A stretch of 64,000 bases of DNA from an uncultured Actinomycetes bacterium (GCA_963704885.1 CAVPIB010000001.1:800001-864000), one strand, 5' to 3'. Shown: positions 10,870 to 21,819, counted from the stretch's first letter. Notes: generated by a model not told the origin, from the sequence alone. Program-made: numbers and translations.

Positions 10870-11595
10870 CTAGACGCCGGTCGAAGGCGAGTGGGTTCTG
10901 TACAGGTCGACGAGCCGTCCGATCAGCTCGGAATGCCCCTGCACGTGGAAGATGTAGCGGGGGATGTCCCTCCCGGTCGAATGCGACATGAACGGCTCGC
11001 CCCAGAAGCTGAGATGCGCCTCGGTCACCCCTTCTTCCGTCTCGGCGAGGATGAACGAGACGGTCTCCTCGAGGTCTCCCCATGTGGGCTCGATCACCTT
11101 CCAGGCCCCGGGACAAGCCTGAACCTTGGGAAGCACCTGCTCCTCCCATCTGGTTCGCTCGCCCCGGTTCAAGACGAAGCGGATCCGTGTCACGCGCGGG
11201 TTCTCGATCGCAGGTCGAAGCAGCGAGTCGAACAACGACTGCGGGACGAACATGAGGAGGCAGATGTTGAACCACGTCATGTCCCCTTGAGCGCGAGCAG
11301 CGAACCGTTCGCTCTCCGCACGGAGCGCCCGCGGCCCGACCAGCACCGCGTCGGGGGGCCGGAGGTCGGTGCGGATGCGCTGGACGTCGGCCTCGACGGA
11401 TCCCAGCGTGATGGCCATCCCCTCGTCCCGCGATTCCTTGCGGAGGCTCCGAAGGAGCATCAGCGCGAGGATCACGAGCATCACCGTGAGGACGACGTCC
11501 GTATCGACGATGCCGAGCAGATGCAAGACGAGCGCCGCCACGGCGGCGAGCGCTCCGGCGACAGCTTCCCATTCGATGCTCTTCAGTCGTTGCAT
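10870..11595 (-). CDS. Hypothetical protein, two N-terminal TM helices plus a soluble C-terminal domain
   Basis: [28 protein letters not shown]...; good coding bias; fills the gap before rplM. Confidence 0.75.
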   Translation of the reverse strand: MQRLKSIEWEAVAGALAAVAALVLHLLGIVDTDVVLTVMLVILALMLLRSLRKESRDEGMAITLGSVEADVQRIRTDLRPPDAVLVGPRALRAESERFAARAQGDMTWFNICLLMFVPQSLFDSLLRPAIENPRVTRIRFVLNRGERTRWEEQVLPKVQACPGAWKVIEPTWGDLEETVSFILAETEEGVTEAHLSFWGEPFMSHSTGRDIPRYIFHVQGHSELIGRLVDLYRTHSPSTGV

Positions 11596-11682
11596 CGCAG
11601 AGGCATCATCCCCTGGAGATGGTTGGCGAACAACCGGCTGGGTCCGGCGTCTGGCGACGTGGGTTCGGAGCCGGAGCGAACT

Positions 11683-11739
11683 TTGACGGCTCTGCGTTCT
11701 CGCAGGTAGCATGGCTCCTCGGCCGGGAGGTCCCGGCCG
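11683..11739 (+). promoter_or_regulatory. rplM-rpsI promoter and leader hairpin
   Basis: TTGACG(11683)-N18-TAGCAT(11707); hairpin CGGCCGGGA-GG-TCCCGGCCG at 11720-11739. Confidence 0.65.
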
Positions 11740-11750
11740 TTCTCCTTGTG

Positions 11751-12458
11751 ATGAAGACCTACTCTCCGAAGCCCGATCACATCGTTCGCCGCTGGTACGT
11801 CGTAGACGCCAGTGGCCAGGTTCTCGGACGCCTGGCGTCGGAGGTCGCGGCCATCCTGCGCGGCAAGCACAAGCCGATCTTCGCCCCCCATATGGATACC
11901 GGTGACAACGTGATCGTGCTGAACGCCGAGAAGATCGAGCTGACCGGCGCCAAGCTCACGAAGAAGGTGGCCTATCGCCACTCGGGCTACCCAGGTGGCA
12001 TCACCGCCACGAGATACGAAGCCCTGATGGCCCAGAAACCGGCGTTCGTGATCGAGAAGGCCGTGAGGGGCATGCTGCCCAAGAACAGTCTCGGCCGGTC
12101 CATGATCAAGAAGCTCCACGTGGTGGTCGGCCCCGAGCACCCCCACCAAGCGCAGCAGCCCGTTCCCTACACGCTGGGGCAGCCGCCGATGTGGGAGGGG
12201 CTCCCGCAGCGAACGGCGTCGAAGACCGCGGCCGCGCCTTCAGACAAGCCCGAGGCAGCGAAGCCGGCGAGCAAGCCCGTCAGCAAGAAGACCACGGCCA
12301 CCTCGCCCGCCAAGACCAGCGCGGCGAAGAAGACCGTGGCTCGCAAGCCGGCGGCCAAGAAGGCGACGGCTGCCAAGACGGGCTCGGCCAAGAAACCCGC
12401 CGTCAAGAAACCCGCGACCCGCAAACCCGCGGCTAAGAAGGATCAGGAGGAGTCGTAA
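11751..12458 (+). CDS. rplM: 50S ribosomal protein uL13 with a long Lys/Ala/Pro-rich C-terminal tail
   Basis: [48 protein letters not shown], then about 85 aa of KKPAAKK-type repeats. Confidence 0.96.
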   Translation: MKTYSPKPDHIVRRWYVVDASGQVLGRLASEVAAILRGKHKPIFAPHMDTGDNVIVLNAEKIELTGAKLTKKVAYRHSGYPGGITATRYEALMAQKPAFVIEKAVRGMLPKNSLGRSMIKKLHVVVGPEHPHQAQQPVPYTLGQPPMWEGLPQRTASKTAAAPSDKPEAAKPASKPVSKKTTATSPAKTSAAKKTVARKPAAKKATAAKTGSAKKPAVKKPATRKPAAKKDQEES

Positions 12459-12854
12459 GTGGCCACGACCGCAGCGAAGATCACCACGGGACGCCGCAAG
12501 GAAGCGGTCGCCCGCATACGCCTGGTGCCGGGGACCGGCGACTTCGAGATCAACGGTCGCACGCTGGACGACTACTTCCCGACCCGCGTGCATCGCATGG
12601 TGGCCGTCGCCCCGCTGCGCCTCGCAGGTCGCGAGAAGGACTTCGACGTGATCGCCACGATCCGCGGCGGCGGCATAGCCGGGCAGGCAGGGGCCATCCG
12701 CTTGGGGATCGCCCGAGCGTTGATCGATCTTGACCCGGAGCTTCGTGCGCAGATGAAGGCCGAGGGATACCTCCGCCGGGATGCTCGCGAGAAGGAGCGC
12801 CGGAAGTACGGGTTGAAGAAGGCTCGCAAGGCGCCGCAGTACTCGAAGCGCTGA
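12459..12854 (+). CDS. rpsI: 30S ribosomal protein uS9
   Basis: [39 protein letters not shown]. Confidence 0.98.
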   Translation: MATTAAKITTGRRKEAVARIRLVPGTGDFEINGRTLDDYFPTRVHRMVAVAPLRLAGREKDFDVIATIRGGGIAGQAGAIRLGIARALIDLDPELRAQMKAEGYLRRDAREKERRKYGLKKARKAPQYSKR

Positions 12855-12857
12855 CGC

Positions 12858-13133
12858 TCAGCCCGCCGGCTGCTGACCCTGCGTGTCCCACCGTTCGGAC
12901 GTATCGTCCTCGTCGGTCGCGTACGCGCCCGCCTCGATCGCCTCGATGATCTCTTTCGCCCTCGCTTCATCTTCCGGGGTGACCCACAGGTACACGGGGC
13001 CGGCCCGGTACGGTCCCTCGGCCTCGCCTTTGATCAACACGGCGATGCCCTCCGCTTCGAGGCGTCCCTTCGTCAGCTGACCGTAGAACCCGTTGCCGGT
13101 CGCGTACACACGGACGAGACGATCATCGCTCAT
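12858..13133 (-). CDS. DUF2007-like putative signal-transducing protein (91 aa)
   Basis: LVRVY...KGRLEAEGIAVLI...V.PEDEARAKEII pattern; SD GGAGG upstream. Confidence 0.7.
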   Translation of the reverse strand: MSDDRLVRVYATGNGFYGQLTKGRLEAEGIAVLIKGEAEGPYRAGPVYLWVTPEDEARAKEIIEAIEAGAYATDEDDTSERWDTQGQQPAG

Positions 13134-13200
13134 GCGCCGATCCTCCCACACACCCCGCGTGATCGCCCGTTCGAAGGGTGCACCCGGTAGCCTTCGCGCT

Positions 13201-14535
13201 ATGGGGCGTCTGTTCGGCACCGACGGGATCCGTGGCGTCGCCGGCACCGACCTGACGCGTGATCTGGCACGCGATCTGGGGCGGGCCGCCGTCGTGGTCC
13301 TGGGCAGGCATGGCGGGGACCGACCGACGTTCGTGATCGGACGGGACACCAGGCGCTCAGGGGAGTGGCTGGAGCAGGCCATCGCCGAAGGGATCTGCTC
13401 CGCGGGAGGCGACGCCATCCTGGCCGGCGTGGAGCCGACGCCCGGTATCGCGTTCCTGACGGTCGAGCTGGGCGCTTCATCGGGAGTCGTCATATCGGCC
13501 TCCCACAACCCCCCCCAGGACAACGGGATCAAGTTCTTCTCGACCGACGGCACGAAGCTTCCAGATCAGATCGAGGACGAGATAGAGGCTGCGCTGAGCG
13601 AACCGATCGCTCCTAACGTGACCCCCGGCGAGCTGCGCGAGGCGGGCGTGGGCCGCGAGCGCTACCTGAAGCATCTGGTCGCATCCGCCGACGCGCCGCT
13701 CGACGGGATGTCGGTCGTGGTTGACTGCGCGAACGGCGCCGCGTCTGGGTTCGCCCCGCAGGTACTGGAGCGGCTCGGCGCCGACGTCCACGCCATCTTC
13801 GATCGGCCCGACGGCGACAACATCAACGTCGGCTGCGGTGCGTTGCATCCCGAAGTCCTCGCGTCGGAAGTCGTGAGGCTCGGAGCCGATGCCGGCGTAG
13901 CGCATGACGGCGACGCCGACCGGGCGCTGTTCGCCGATGCGGCAGGCAACGTGATCGATGGCGATCAGGTCCTCGCCGCATGTGCACTCTCCATGCAGGC
14001 TCGAGGCTCGCTCGCCGGGAACACGGTCGTGACCACGGTTATGGCCAATCTGGGATTCCATCGAGCCATGCGGGAGGCCGGCATCTCGGTCGTCGCCGCT
14101 CAGGTCGGAGACCGTTACGTGCTGGAGGAGATGCTCCGGAACGGGGCCGTCTTGGGAGGCGAGCAATCCGGCCACATCATCTTCCGGGAGCAGGCGACCA
14201 CGGGTGACGGGCTGCTCACGGCCGTGCGCTTCCTTTCACTAGCGGCCGCGCGCGGCGTGGGCATCCAGGAGTTGGCGTCGTGCATGCGCCGCTTCCCGCA
14301 GGTCCTCCTGAATATCGGGGTTAGCGATCCCTCCCGCCTCCAGGGTGCTGAGGTGGTGTGGGGAGCTGTGCGGCGCGCCGAGGAGGTGCTCGGCGACGGT
14401 GGAAGGGTCTTGGTGCGACCCTCGGGTACCGAACCGCTGGTACGCGTGATGGTGGAGGCCGAGACCCAGGAGGACGCCGCCCTGCACGCCGACGCGATCG
14501 CCGAGGCGGTGCGCTCCGGCCTCGCGGCCGGTTGA
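13201..14535 (+). CDS. glmM: Phosphoglucosamine mutase
   Basis: LFGTDGIRG, ISASHNP, HDGDADR, GGEQSGH, RPSGTEP. Confidence 0.96.
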   Translation: MGRLFGTDGIRGVAGTDLTRDLARDLGRAAVVVLGRHGGDRPTFVIGRDTRRSGEWLEQAIAEGICSAGGDAILAGVEPTPGIAFLTVELGASSGVVISASHNPPQDNGIKFFSTDGTKLPDQIEDEIEAALSEPIAPNVTPGELREAGVGRERYLKHLVASADAPLDGMSVVVDCANGAASGFAPQVLERLGADVHAIFDRPDGDNINVGCGALHPEVLASEVVRLGADAGVAHDGDADRALFADAAGNVIDGDQVLAACALSMQARGSLAGNTVVTTVMANLGFHRAMREAGISVVAAQVGDRYVLEEMLRNGAVLGGEQSGHIIFREQATTGDGLLTAVRFLSLAAARGVGIQELASCMRRFPQVLLNIGVSDPSRLQGAEVVWGAVRRAEEVLGDGGRVLVRPSGTEPLVRVMVEAETQEDAALHADAIAEAVRSGLAAG

Positions 14536-14559
14536 ACGCTCGCTGCTAGGGTTTGGCCT

Positions 14560-16389
14560 ATGTGCGGCATCGTGGGATACGTAGGCCCCGAAGATGCCCT
14601 CCCCATCGTGGTCGAGGGGCTCCGGCGCCTCGGATACCGAGGCTACGACTCGTCGGGCGTAGCGGTCCTGAACGATGGTCTGCGGATCGTGAAGCGCGCG
14701 GGCAAGCTCTCCGAGCTCGACTCCGCGCTCAGCCAAGCGTCGTCGATGGCGGGGAGCGCGGCTATGGGGCACACCCGTTGGGCCACTCACGGCGCACCGA
14801 CGGACCGCAACGCCCATCCGCACGCCGACTGCGGCGGACGGGTGGCGGTGATCCACAACGGGATCATCGAGAACTTCCAGACCCTCCGCGCCCGCCTGGA
14901 GAAGGATGGCCATCACCTAGCGTCGGAGACCGACACGGAGTGCATCGCTCATCTGCTCGAGGAGAGACTCGGCGACGGGATGAGGCTCGCCGATGCGGTC
15001 CGGGCGACCGTTCGGGAGCTGCGCGGCGCTTACGCCGTCTTGGCGATGTCGGCGGACGAACCCGACGTGATCGTGGGCGCGAAGGTCTCATCGCCACTCG
15101 TGGTGGGGTTGGGCGACGGGGAGACCCTGTTCGCGTCCGACATCCCCGCGCTACTAGATCGCACTGCCCGGGTGATCCCCGTGGAGGAGGGCCAGCTGGT
15201 TGAGGCCACCCGCGACGGGGCCGTGTTCACCGATTTCGACGGGAACGTCCTGCACCCGGAGCCGATCACCGTCGACTGGGATGTCGCTCACGCGCAGAAG
15301 GGTGGCTTCGACGACTTCATGCTGAAAGAGATCCACGAGCAACCGGGGGCCATCCGCGACACGCTGGTCGGCCGGGTCGTGGATGGCCGGCTGGTCATGG
15401 ACGAGCTGAGGATCGCCGCGGACGTCTTCCGCGAGATCGGAAAGGTTTTCGTGGTGGCTTGCGGGACGGCCTTCCACTCCGGGATGGTCGCGAAGTACGC
15501 GATCGAGCACTGGACCCGGATCCCGGTCGAGATAGAGATCGCGAGTGAGTTCCGGTACCGCGACCCGGTTCTAGGCCCCGACACACTCACGCTCGCAGTC
15601 AGCCAATCCGGCGAGACGATCGACACGCTCGAGGCGGCGCGCCACGCTCGCCGGCAGGGCTCTTACGTGATCGCCGTGACGAACACCGTGGGGTCGTCGC
15701 TCGCGCGTGAGGCGGACGGGGTGCTCTACACCCACGCCGGTCCCGAGATCGCGGTCGCCGGCACCAAGACGTTCGCCACGCAGATGGTGTCCCAGTACCT
15801 GGTGGCGCTCTACCTGGCGCAGGTTCGTGGGTCGATGTTCCCCACGGAGATCGCCGAGGTGTTGGATCGGTTGGACGAGCTCCCGGCGAAGGTCGAGCGG
15901 GCTATCGGGTTGGACGGAGCCGTTCGTGCGTTGGCCGAGCGCTACAAAGACGCTCGTGACGTGTTGTTCATCGGCCGGCACACGGGGTATCCGGCTGCGC
16001 TCGAGGGGGCGCTCAAGCTCAAGGAGATCAGTTACATCCACGCGGAGGGATACCCGGGCGGGGAGCTGAAGCATGGCCCGATCGCTCTGATCGAGGAGGG
16101 TGTGCCGGTGGTGGCGGTCGCCACCGAGTGCCACGTCTACCCCAAGATGCTTTCGAACATCCAGGAGGTTCGCGCCCGGGGAGCCGAGGTGATCGCCGTA
16201 GCCACGGAAGGCGATCGCCAGATCGGCGCGCTCGCCGATCACGTCCTGGAGGTACCCGCCACCCCCGAGCTGCTCTCGCCGGTCGTGGTCACCGTGCCGT
16301 TGCAGCTGTTCGCGTACCACGTGGCGAAGCTGCGTGGATGTGACGTAGACCAGCCGAGGAATCTGGCGAAGAGTGTCACGGTCGAGTAG
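14560..16389 (+). CDS. glmS: Glutamine-fructose-6-phosphate transaminase
   Basis: MCGIVG, YRGYDS, GHTRWATHG, SQSGET, ELKHGP, PRNLAKSVTVE. Confidence 0.98.
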   Translation: MCGIVGYVGPEDALPIVVEGLRRLGYRGYDSSGVAVLNDGLRIVKRAGKLSELDSALSQASSMAGSAAMGHTRWATHGAPTDRNAHPHADCGGRVAVIHNGIIENFQTLRARLEKDGHHLASETDTECIAHLLEERLGDGMRLADAVRATVRELRGAYAVLAMSADEPDVIVGAKVSSPLVVGLGDGETLFASDIPALLDRTARVIPVEEGQLVEATRDGAVFTDFDGNVLHPEPITVDWDVAHAQKGGFDDFMLKEIHEQPGAIRDTLVGRVVDGRLVMDELRIAADVFREIGKVFVVACGTAFHSGMVAKYAIEHWTRIPVEIEIASEFRYRDPVLGPDTLTLAVSQSGETIDTLEAARHARRQGSYVIAVTNTVGSSLAREADGVLYTHAGPEIAVAGTKTFATQMVSQYLVALYLAQVRGSMFPTEIAEVLDRLDELPAKVERAIGLDGAVRALAERYKDARDVLFIGRHTGYPAALEGALKLKEISYIHAEGYPGGELKHGPIALIEEGVPVVAVATECHVYPKMLSNIQEVRARGAEVIAVATEGDRQIGALADHVLEVPATPELLSPVVVTVPLQLFAYHVAKLRGCDVDQPRNLAKSVTVE

Positions 16390-16409
16390 CCCTGCGGCAT
16401 GAAGGCCCG

Positions 16410-17736
16410 ATGACCGCTCATCCGTTCGGCCGAAGGTTCCCCGTCGTCCTCGTGTTGGCCGTGTTCCTGTCCCTTGTGGCAATGCCGGTCGCGCACGCGT
16501 GCTCCTGCTTCCAGGGGGATCCGCGTGACGCCCTGGCGGGGGCCGACGGAGCGTTCATAGGAACGTTGACGAGCGTGAGCGCGCCCGATGAGCGAGGGTT
16601 CGCCGTCTACAGCTTCGATGTCGAGACCACGGTCAAGGGCGACATCGGCGCCACGATCGACGTTCAGGCGGGATCGAACGACGCGAACTGTGGACTGGAT
16701 GCGCTGGTCGGCGACCGGGTCGGGCTGTTCACCTACCTGGAGGGAGCCCAGTGGGTGTCGGGTCTGTGCAACCAGATCGATCCCGAGCGGCTGGTTGCCG
16801 CGGCGGCGCCGCTCCCGGTGCCCGACGGCGCCGGCCCGGCCCGCTTCGTGGTCGGTGTGAACATCGGTCGTCATCGCCTGATGTCCCTAGACGAGGACGG
16901 CCGCACCCTGGCCTATGGCAAGGGCGACGGCTACGCGATCGACGTCGACCTGTGTCCCGGCTCTAACCGTGTGGTCGAGGCGGCCCGTATCGACAGGACC
17001 GGTGTGCTCGTGGTCCGCGAGCTGCCGTCGCTAGATGTGGTTCGCCGGATCGCACTGGTGTCGGGTCCCCCATACCCGCGGGTCGAGGTCGCCTGCCTCA
17101 ACCGCACAGGGGGCCGACTGGTGGCGGTAGAGCGGCACGCCGGCGATCGCTGGGTCCATGTGATCGAGGGCTTCCACGATCGCATCGTCTGGCACGGGCG
17201 GGTTCGCAGCGTGACGATCGACGGGCGCCATGTGGTGATCCAGGACGGGCGGAGGGTATCGATCGTGGATCTGCACGGCGGCGACCTGACGCTCATCGCG
17301 ACGCTCCCGGCCGGGGCGAGGTCGCCTGTGATCTCTCCAGATGGGTCTTGGGTGGCGGCGTTGAGGAGTGACCGTTACGGGCGAAGCCGAGGTCCTCTCG
17401 GTGCGTGTCTCGGACGGCTCGGTGGCCCGGTACGTGTTGGAGGCCGTGCAGTACGTCGACGGTCACCTCCTGTGGCTCGACGCCTCCAGGTTCCTTTATC
17501 TGCCGACCGACGGTCAGAACGCGCCGGCCATCTTCCTGGCGAGCACCATGGAGCCTTCGTCTGGTCCGAGCGCTTGGTACGGGGGTTCGGCCGTGGTGAG
17601 CGGCGGCACCGTCTTCGGCACCGACTGGGGAGCGCTGATCTCCGCTCAACTCCCGAACGGCGATGTTCGGCTGGTCCGCCTGCTCGACAGCCCGGAGACC
17701 GGTGTGCTTGACGTGGTCTCGCGCAACGCCGCCTGA
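16410..17736 (+). CDS. Secreted protein: signal peptide, TIMP/NTR-like CSC domain, beta-rich (propeller-like) C-terminus; apparent +1 frameshift in GGG 17379-17381
   Basis: AHA|CSC after a hydrophobic signal, ANCG, GLCN, SPDG repeat; protein-like sequence continues in ORF 17368..17736. Confidence 0.65.
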
Positions 17737-17772
17737 GTCCCCATCGGCGGCCCCGTCGTCTAGCCTCTCCTC

Positions 17773-18147
17773 GTGGAGATCGTCGGGCTGGGCGTGGACA
17801 TCTGCGAGATCGCCCGTATGGAGCGGGCGCTCGCTCGACACCCGACCATGCGAGACCGTGTGTTCACTCCCGAAGAGCGCGCGTACTGCGACGGCAAGGC
17901 GCGTCCGGCGGAGTCTTACGCCGGGCGGTTCGCAGCTCGCGAGGCCACGATCAAGGCGCTCGGCGGCTATAGCGGGAAGCGATGGAAAGACATCCACGTG
18001 AGCCGGCACGCGAGCGGTGCTCCTTCGATCGTGTTGGAGGGCAATGCGGAACGCCGGGCGGACATGCAGGGCATCACGCGAGTACTCGTCACGTTCACGC
18101 ACGAGAAGACGAACGCCGTGGCGTTCGCGGTGGCGGTGCACGAGTGA
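17773..18147 (+). CDS. acpS: Holo-ACP synthase
   Basis: GLGVDI, FTPEE, AGRFAAREA.IKAL, TFTHE. Confidence 0.92.
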   Translation: MEIVGLGVDICEIARMERALARHPTMRDRVFTPEERAYCDGKARPAESYAGRFAAREATIKALGGYSGKRWKDIHVSRHASGAPSIVLEGNAERRADMQGITRVLVTFTHEKTNAVAFAVAVHE

Positions 18148-19676
18148 AGCCGGTCCTCACGCCCGATCAAGCGTCCGAGCTGGATCGGGCGACCCAGGCC
18201 CGCGGCATCTCGGCTGAGCTGTTGATGGAGCGGGCCGGCCGCGCGGTGACTCGCGCCGCGATCGATCTCTTGGGTGGGGCCTATGGGCGGCGGGCGGTGG
18301 TCGTGTGCGGCAAGGGGAACAACGGGGGCGACGGCTTCGTGGCCGCCCGCCACCTGGCTCGCGCGGGCGTCCGAACCGTGGTCGTTGCGGTCGAGCGCCT
18401 GGACGCCCTGCGGGAACCGGCCGCCATCAACGCGGCTCGCCTGAACGAGGTGCCGGTTCGCGTGCTGCCCTTCTCCGGCGCCGCCCTCGAGCGGGAGCTC
18501 ACCAGGGCCGACGTGGCGATCGATGCCATCTTCGGCACGGGGTTCCGGGGGATCCCCGAGGACGATTGGGCTGAGGCCATCGTGGCGTTGAACGGCTCCG
18601 GTGTCCCCATCGTGGCCGTGGACATCCCCTCCGGGGTGAACGGCTCGACGGGCGCAGCGCAGGGTGAGGCCGTCCGAGCGGACCTCACGGTGACCTTCGG
18701 AGCCCCCAAGGTCGGCGCCGTGCTCCTGCCTGGGGCCGAGCTCGCGGGGGCGGTGCGCGTGGTCGACATAGGGTTCCCCGACGACCTGCTCACGGCGAAC
18801 GCCTTCCTCATGGAACCGGCCGACGTCTCAGCCTTGCTCCCCGAGCGTCCGCTGGAGACGCACAAGCGGGCAACGGGCGTGCTCTTGGTGCTCGCCGGAT
18901 CGCGCGGCATGACCGGCGCCGTCCGCCTGATCGCGGAGGGTGCGGGGAGGATCGGCGCCGGGCTGATCCAGGTGGCGGTGCCCGAGGGCATCCTCCCGAT
19001 CGTGCAGTCCGAGCTGGTGGAGACCACCTTCGTTCCGCTCCCCGAGACGGAGGAGGGCTCTGTGGCTCGGTCCGCTCTCGGAGCGATCCTCGCGTGCCTG
19101 GAAGGCGCCGACGCGCTCGCCATCGGGCCGGGGCTGTCGACCGATGAGGCAACGGCCGAGCTCGTGCGTGAGCTGGTGCGCGAGAGCACCGTGCCGTTCG
19201 TCCTGGACGCCGACGGGCTGAACGCGTTCGCGGGGCGTGCGGGCGACCTCGCCGACCGCAAGGCCGACGCGGTCCTCACACCACACGACGGCGAGTTCGC
19301 ACGTCTCTCCGGGGTGTCGGCACGCGACCTTCGGGACGACCGCTTGGCCCATGCGAGAGCGCTCGCATCGACGACCGGGGCGACCACGCTGCTGAAAGGC
19401 AGCCGGACGCTCGTCATCACGCCCGACGGAGAGGCGAGGATCAACCCGACCGGCGGGCCCGTCCTGGCCACGGCCGGGTCGGGCGACGTGCTCACGGGCG
19501 TCATCGGAGGGTTGCTGGCGCGAGGGCTCGACCCTGTCGACGCGGCCTCGACGGCGGCTTACGTTCACGGCTTGGCGGGGATACTGGCCGGCCGTGCGCT
19601 CGGGGAAGGCACGCTCGCATCCGACGTGGTCGCGCACCTCCCCGCCGCCGTCAACCGGGTGTTGGAGGGCGCGTGA
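18144..19676 (+). CDS. nnr: Bifunctional NAD(P)H-hydrate epimerase/dehydratase
   Basis: LMERAG, GKGNNGGDG, DAIFGTG, DIPSG, GPGL, LDADGL, TPHDGE, ATAGSGDVL; GTG 18144. Confidence 0.95.
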   Translation: MKPVLTPDQASELDRATQARGISAELLMERAGRAVTRAAIDLLGGAYGRRAVVVCGKGNNGGDGFVAARHLARAGVRTVVVAVERLDALREPAAINAARLNEVPVRVLPFSGAALERELTRADVAIDAIFGTGFRGIPEDDWAEAIVALNGSGVPIVAVDIPSGVNGSTGAAQGEAVRADLTVTFGAPKVGAVLLPGAELAGAVRVVDIGFPDDLLTANAFLMEPADVSALLPERPLETHKRATGVLLVLAGSRGMTGAVRLIAEGAGRIGAGLIQVAVPEGILPIVQSELVETTFVPLPETEEGSVARSALGAILACLEGADALAIGPGLSTDEATAELVRELVRESTVPFVLDADGLNAFAGRAGDLADRKADAVLTPHDGEFARLSGVSARDLRDDRLAHARALASTTGATTLLKGSRTLVITPDGEARINPTGGPVLATAGSGDVLTGVIGGLLARGLDPVDAASTAAYVHGLAGILAGRALGEGTLASDVVAHLPAAVNRVLEGA

Positions 19677-20773
19677 GGCGTCTCCGTCCGACGTGGGCAC
19701 AGGTGGACCTGAACGCGATCCGACACAACGTGCGGACGCTCAAGCCCGAGGGTGCCGAGCTGATGGCGGTCGTGAAGGCGAACGCCTACGGGCACGGCTC
19801 GGTGCAGGTCGCCCGCGCCGCGCTGGAGGGCGGCGCCACCTGGCTCGGCGTCGCTCTGGTGGAGGAGGGACTGGATCTGCGCGGCGCGGGCATCGATGCT
19901 CCCGTACTGGTCTTGTCGGAGCTGCCTTCAGGCTCCGAACTCGTGGCGCTCGACGCCGGACTGACCGCCAGTCTCTACACCGACGACGGCCTGACCCGGC
20001 TGGCTGCGGCAGCCGTCGGTCGCGACGTCGGTGTCCACGTCAAGGTCGACACCGGCATGCACCGCGTCGGCGTGTACCCCCCGGAAGCCACCGTCACCTT
20101 CCTCGAGCGGGTGGCTCGCTCGGGCATCGGTCTGGACGGCCTGTGGACGCATTTCGCCAGCTCCGCGGAGAACGAGGAGACGACGCTCCGGCAGCTCGAG
20201 GGGTTCCTATCGGTTGTCGGGGCCGCCCGGGCTTCGGGATTCGAGCCACGGATCGTGCACGCGGCGAACTCCGGAGCGGTGATCCTCCATCCCCAGAGTC
20301 ATCTCGATCTGGTGCGGGCGGGGATCGCCATCTACGGGATCGAGCCGGAACCCGGCGTGGGCGCGGACCTCGGTCTGATCCCCGCGCTTTCTTGGCGATC
20401 GGCGGTGACCATGACCAGGCGTCTTCCTGCCGGTGAACGCGTGTCGTACGGCCATCGCTATCTGCTGGAACGTGACGCGAACATCGCCACGGTGCCCGTG
20501 GGATACGCGGACGGCTATCCTCGCGCGGCCTCGTCGCGAGCCGACGTCCTGATCCAGGGAACGCCGTGCCGAGTAGCGGGGAGCGTGACCATGGATCAAC
20601 TCATCGTGGACTGCGGAGACCTCGACGTGGTCGCCGGGGACGACGTGGTGCTGATTGGGCCCCAGGGCGCCGGGTCGGTGTCCGCGTGGGATCTGGCGGT
20701 TCTAGCAGACACGATCGGTTACGAGATCGTCACGCGGATCGGCGAGCGAGTCCCCAGGGAGTACGTGGGATGA
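19673..20773 (+). CDS. alr: Alanine racemase
   Basis: AVVKANAYGHG, KVDTGMHR, VPVGYADG, MDQ, TIGYE. Confidence 0.97.
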   Translation: MRRLRPTWAQVDLNAIRHNVRTLKPEGAELMAVVKANAYGHGSVQVARAALEGGATWLGVALVEEGLDLRGAGIDAPVLVLSELPSGSELVALDAGLTASLYTDDGLTRLAAAAVGRDVGVHVKVDTGMHRVGVYPPEATVTFLERVARSGIGLDGLWTHFASSAENEETTLRQLEGFLSVVGAARASGFEPRIVHAANSGAVILHPQSHLDLVRAGIAIYGIEPEPGVGADLGLIPALSWRSAVTMTRRLPAGERVSYGHRYLLERDANIATVPVGYADGYPRAASSRADVLIQGTPCRVAGSVTMDQLIVDCGDLDVVAGDDVVLIGPQGAGSVSAWDLAVLADTIGYEIVTRIGERVPREYVG

Positions 20774-21819
20774 GCAGGAGACGAACGGCGATCGTGGCGG
20801 GCGGCGTGGCCGCGGGCGCAGTGGCGGCAGGCGTGGTCGGACGAGTGTTGGTCAGGCGTCGCCACGCCGAACACGAGGACGGAACGCCGTTGCTCGATCT
20901 GCCCCCCGACGTCTTGGATCCCGTCGTCGCGTTCGATGGGACCGAGATCACCGTCAGGGCCGCCGGCGACCCCACCGCTCCCGTGATCGTCTTCTCCCAC
21001 GGGTTCAGCCTGGACATGTCCGTCTGGCACGAGCAGTGGCTGGATCTGTCGGATGACTTCCGCTGCGTGCTGATGGACCACCGCTCGCATGGGGCCAGCG
21101 GGCGGGCAGCGCACGGCGACCTCTCCCTGCGGTCCATGGGGCGTGATCTGGCCGGCGTGATCGACGCGGCGGCGCCCGACCGACCCGTGGTGCTCGTCGG
21201 ACACAGCATGGGGGCGATGGCGATACTGGCGATGGCCGAGCAACGGCCCGAGCTCTTCGGTCCGCGCGTGGCCGGCGTCGCCCTGATCGGCGGCGCCTCC
21301 TCGGATCTGCTTCGCGGCTCGATCGGCTCCGTGACCGAGCTGCTAAGACCGCGGCTCGGGACGTTCACGACCGCCGCTCGGCGCGTCGACCGGCTCCGGC
21401 GCGCGGTGCTCGCGAGCCCCGCAGACCTGAGCGGAGTGATCACACGCGTGACGCAGTTCGGCCCGGAGGCTCCGCCGCACCTGGTCGAGCACATCGTGTC
21501 CCTGGCCGAGCGTGCGCCGTCGGAGGTGTGGACCGACGGGTTGGCAGGGCTGATGGAGATGGATCTCCGTCACGCGCTGCCGCGTGTGCGTGTTCCGGCC
21601 CTCGTCATCGTCGGCGAGCACGATCGGGTCACGCCGCCCGCCATCGCGGTCGAGCTGGTCGGCGGGCTGCCCGATGCCACACTCGCCGTCATCCGACATG
21701 CCGGACACATGGTCATGCTCGAGCGACCGGTCGAGGTGAATCACGACCTGAGGGTCTTCGCTCGCCGCTGCCTGAAGACGAGTAGCCCCAGCAGGAACGG
21801 CAAGAGGAAGCGAACGTGA
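20770..21819 (+). CDS. Alpha/beta hydrolase (alr-associated)
   Basis: HGF, D.RSHG, GHSMG nucleophile elbow, GEHD, AGH; ATG 20770. Confidence 0.88.
   Translation: MSRRRTAIVAGGVAAGAVAAGVVGRVLVRRRHAEHEDGTPLLDLPPDVLDPVVAFDGTEITVRAAGDPTAPVIVFSHGFSLDMSVWHEQWLDLSDDFRCVLMDHRSHGASGRAAHGDLSLRSMGRDLAGVIDAAAPDRPVVLVGHSMGAMAILAMAEQRPELFGPRVAGVALIGGASSDLLRGSIGSVTELLRPRLGTFTTAARRVDRLRRAVLASPADLSGVITRVTQFGPEAPPHLVEHIVSLAERAPSEVWTDGLAGLMEMDLRHALPRVRVPALVIVGEHDRVTPPAIAVELVGGLPDATLAVIRHAGHMVMLERPVEVNHDLRVFARRCLKTSSPSRNGKRKRT

Noticed and set aside
14536-14559. glmS ribozyme
   Set aside because: The gap is only 24 nt and has a leaderless -10 geometry.
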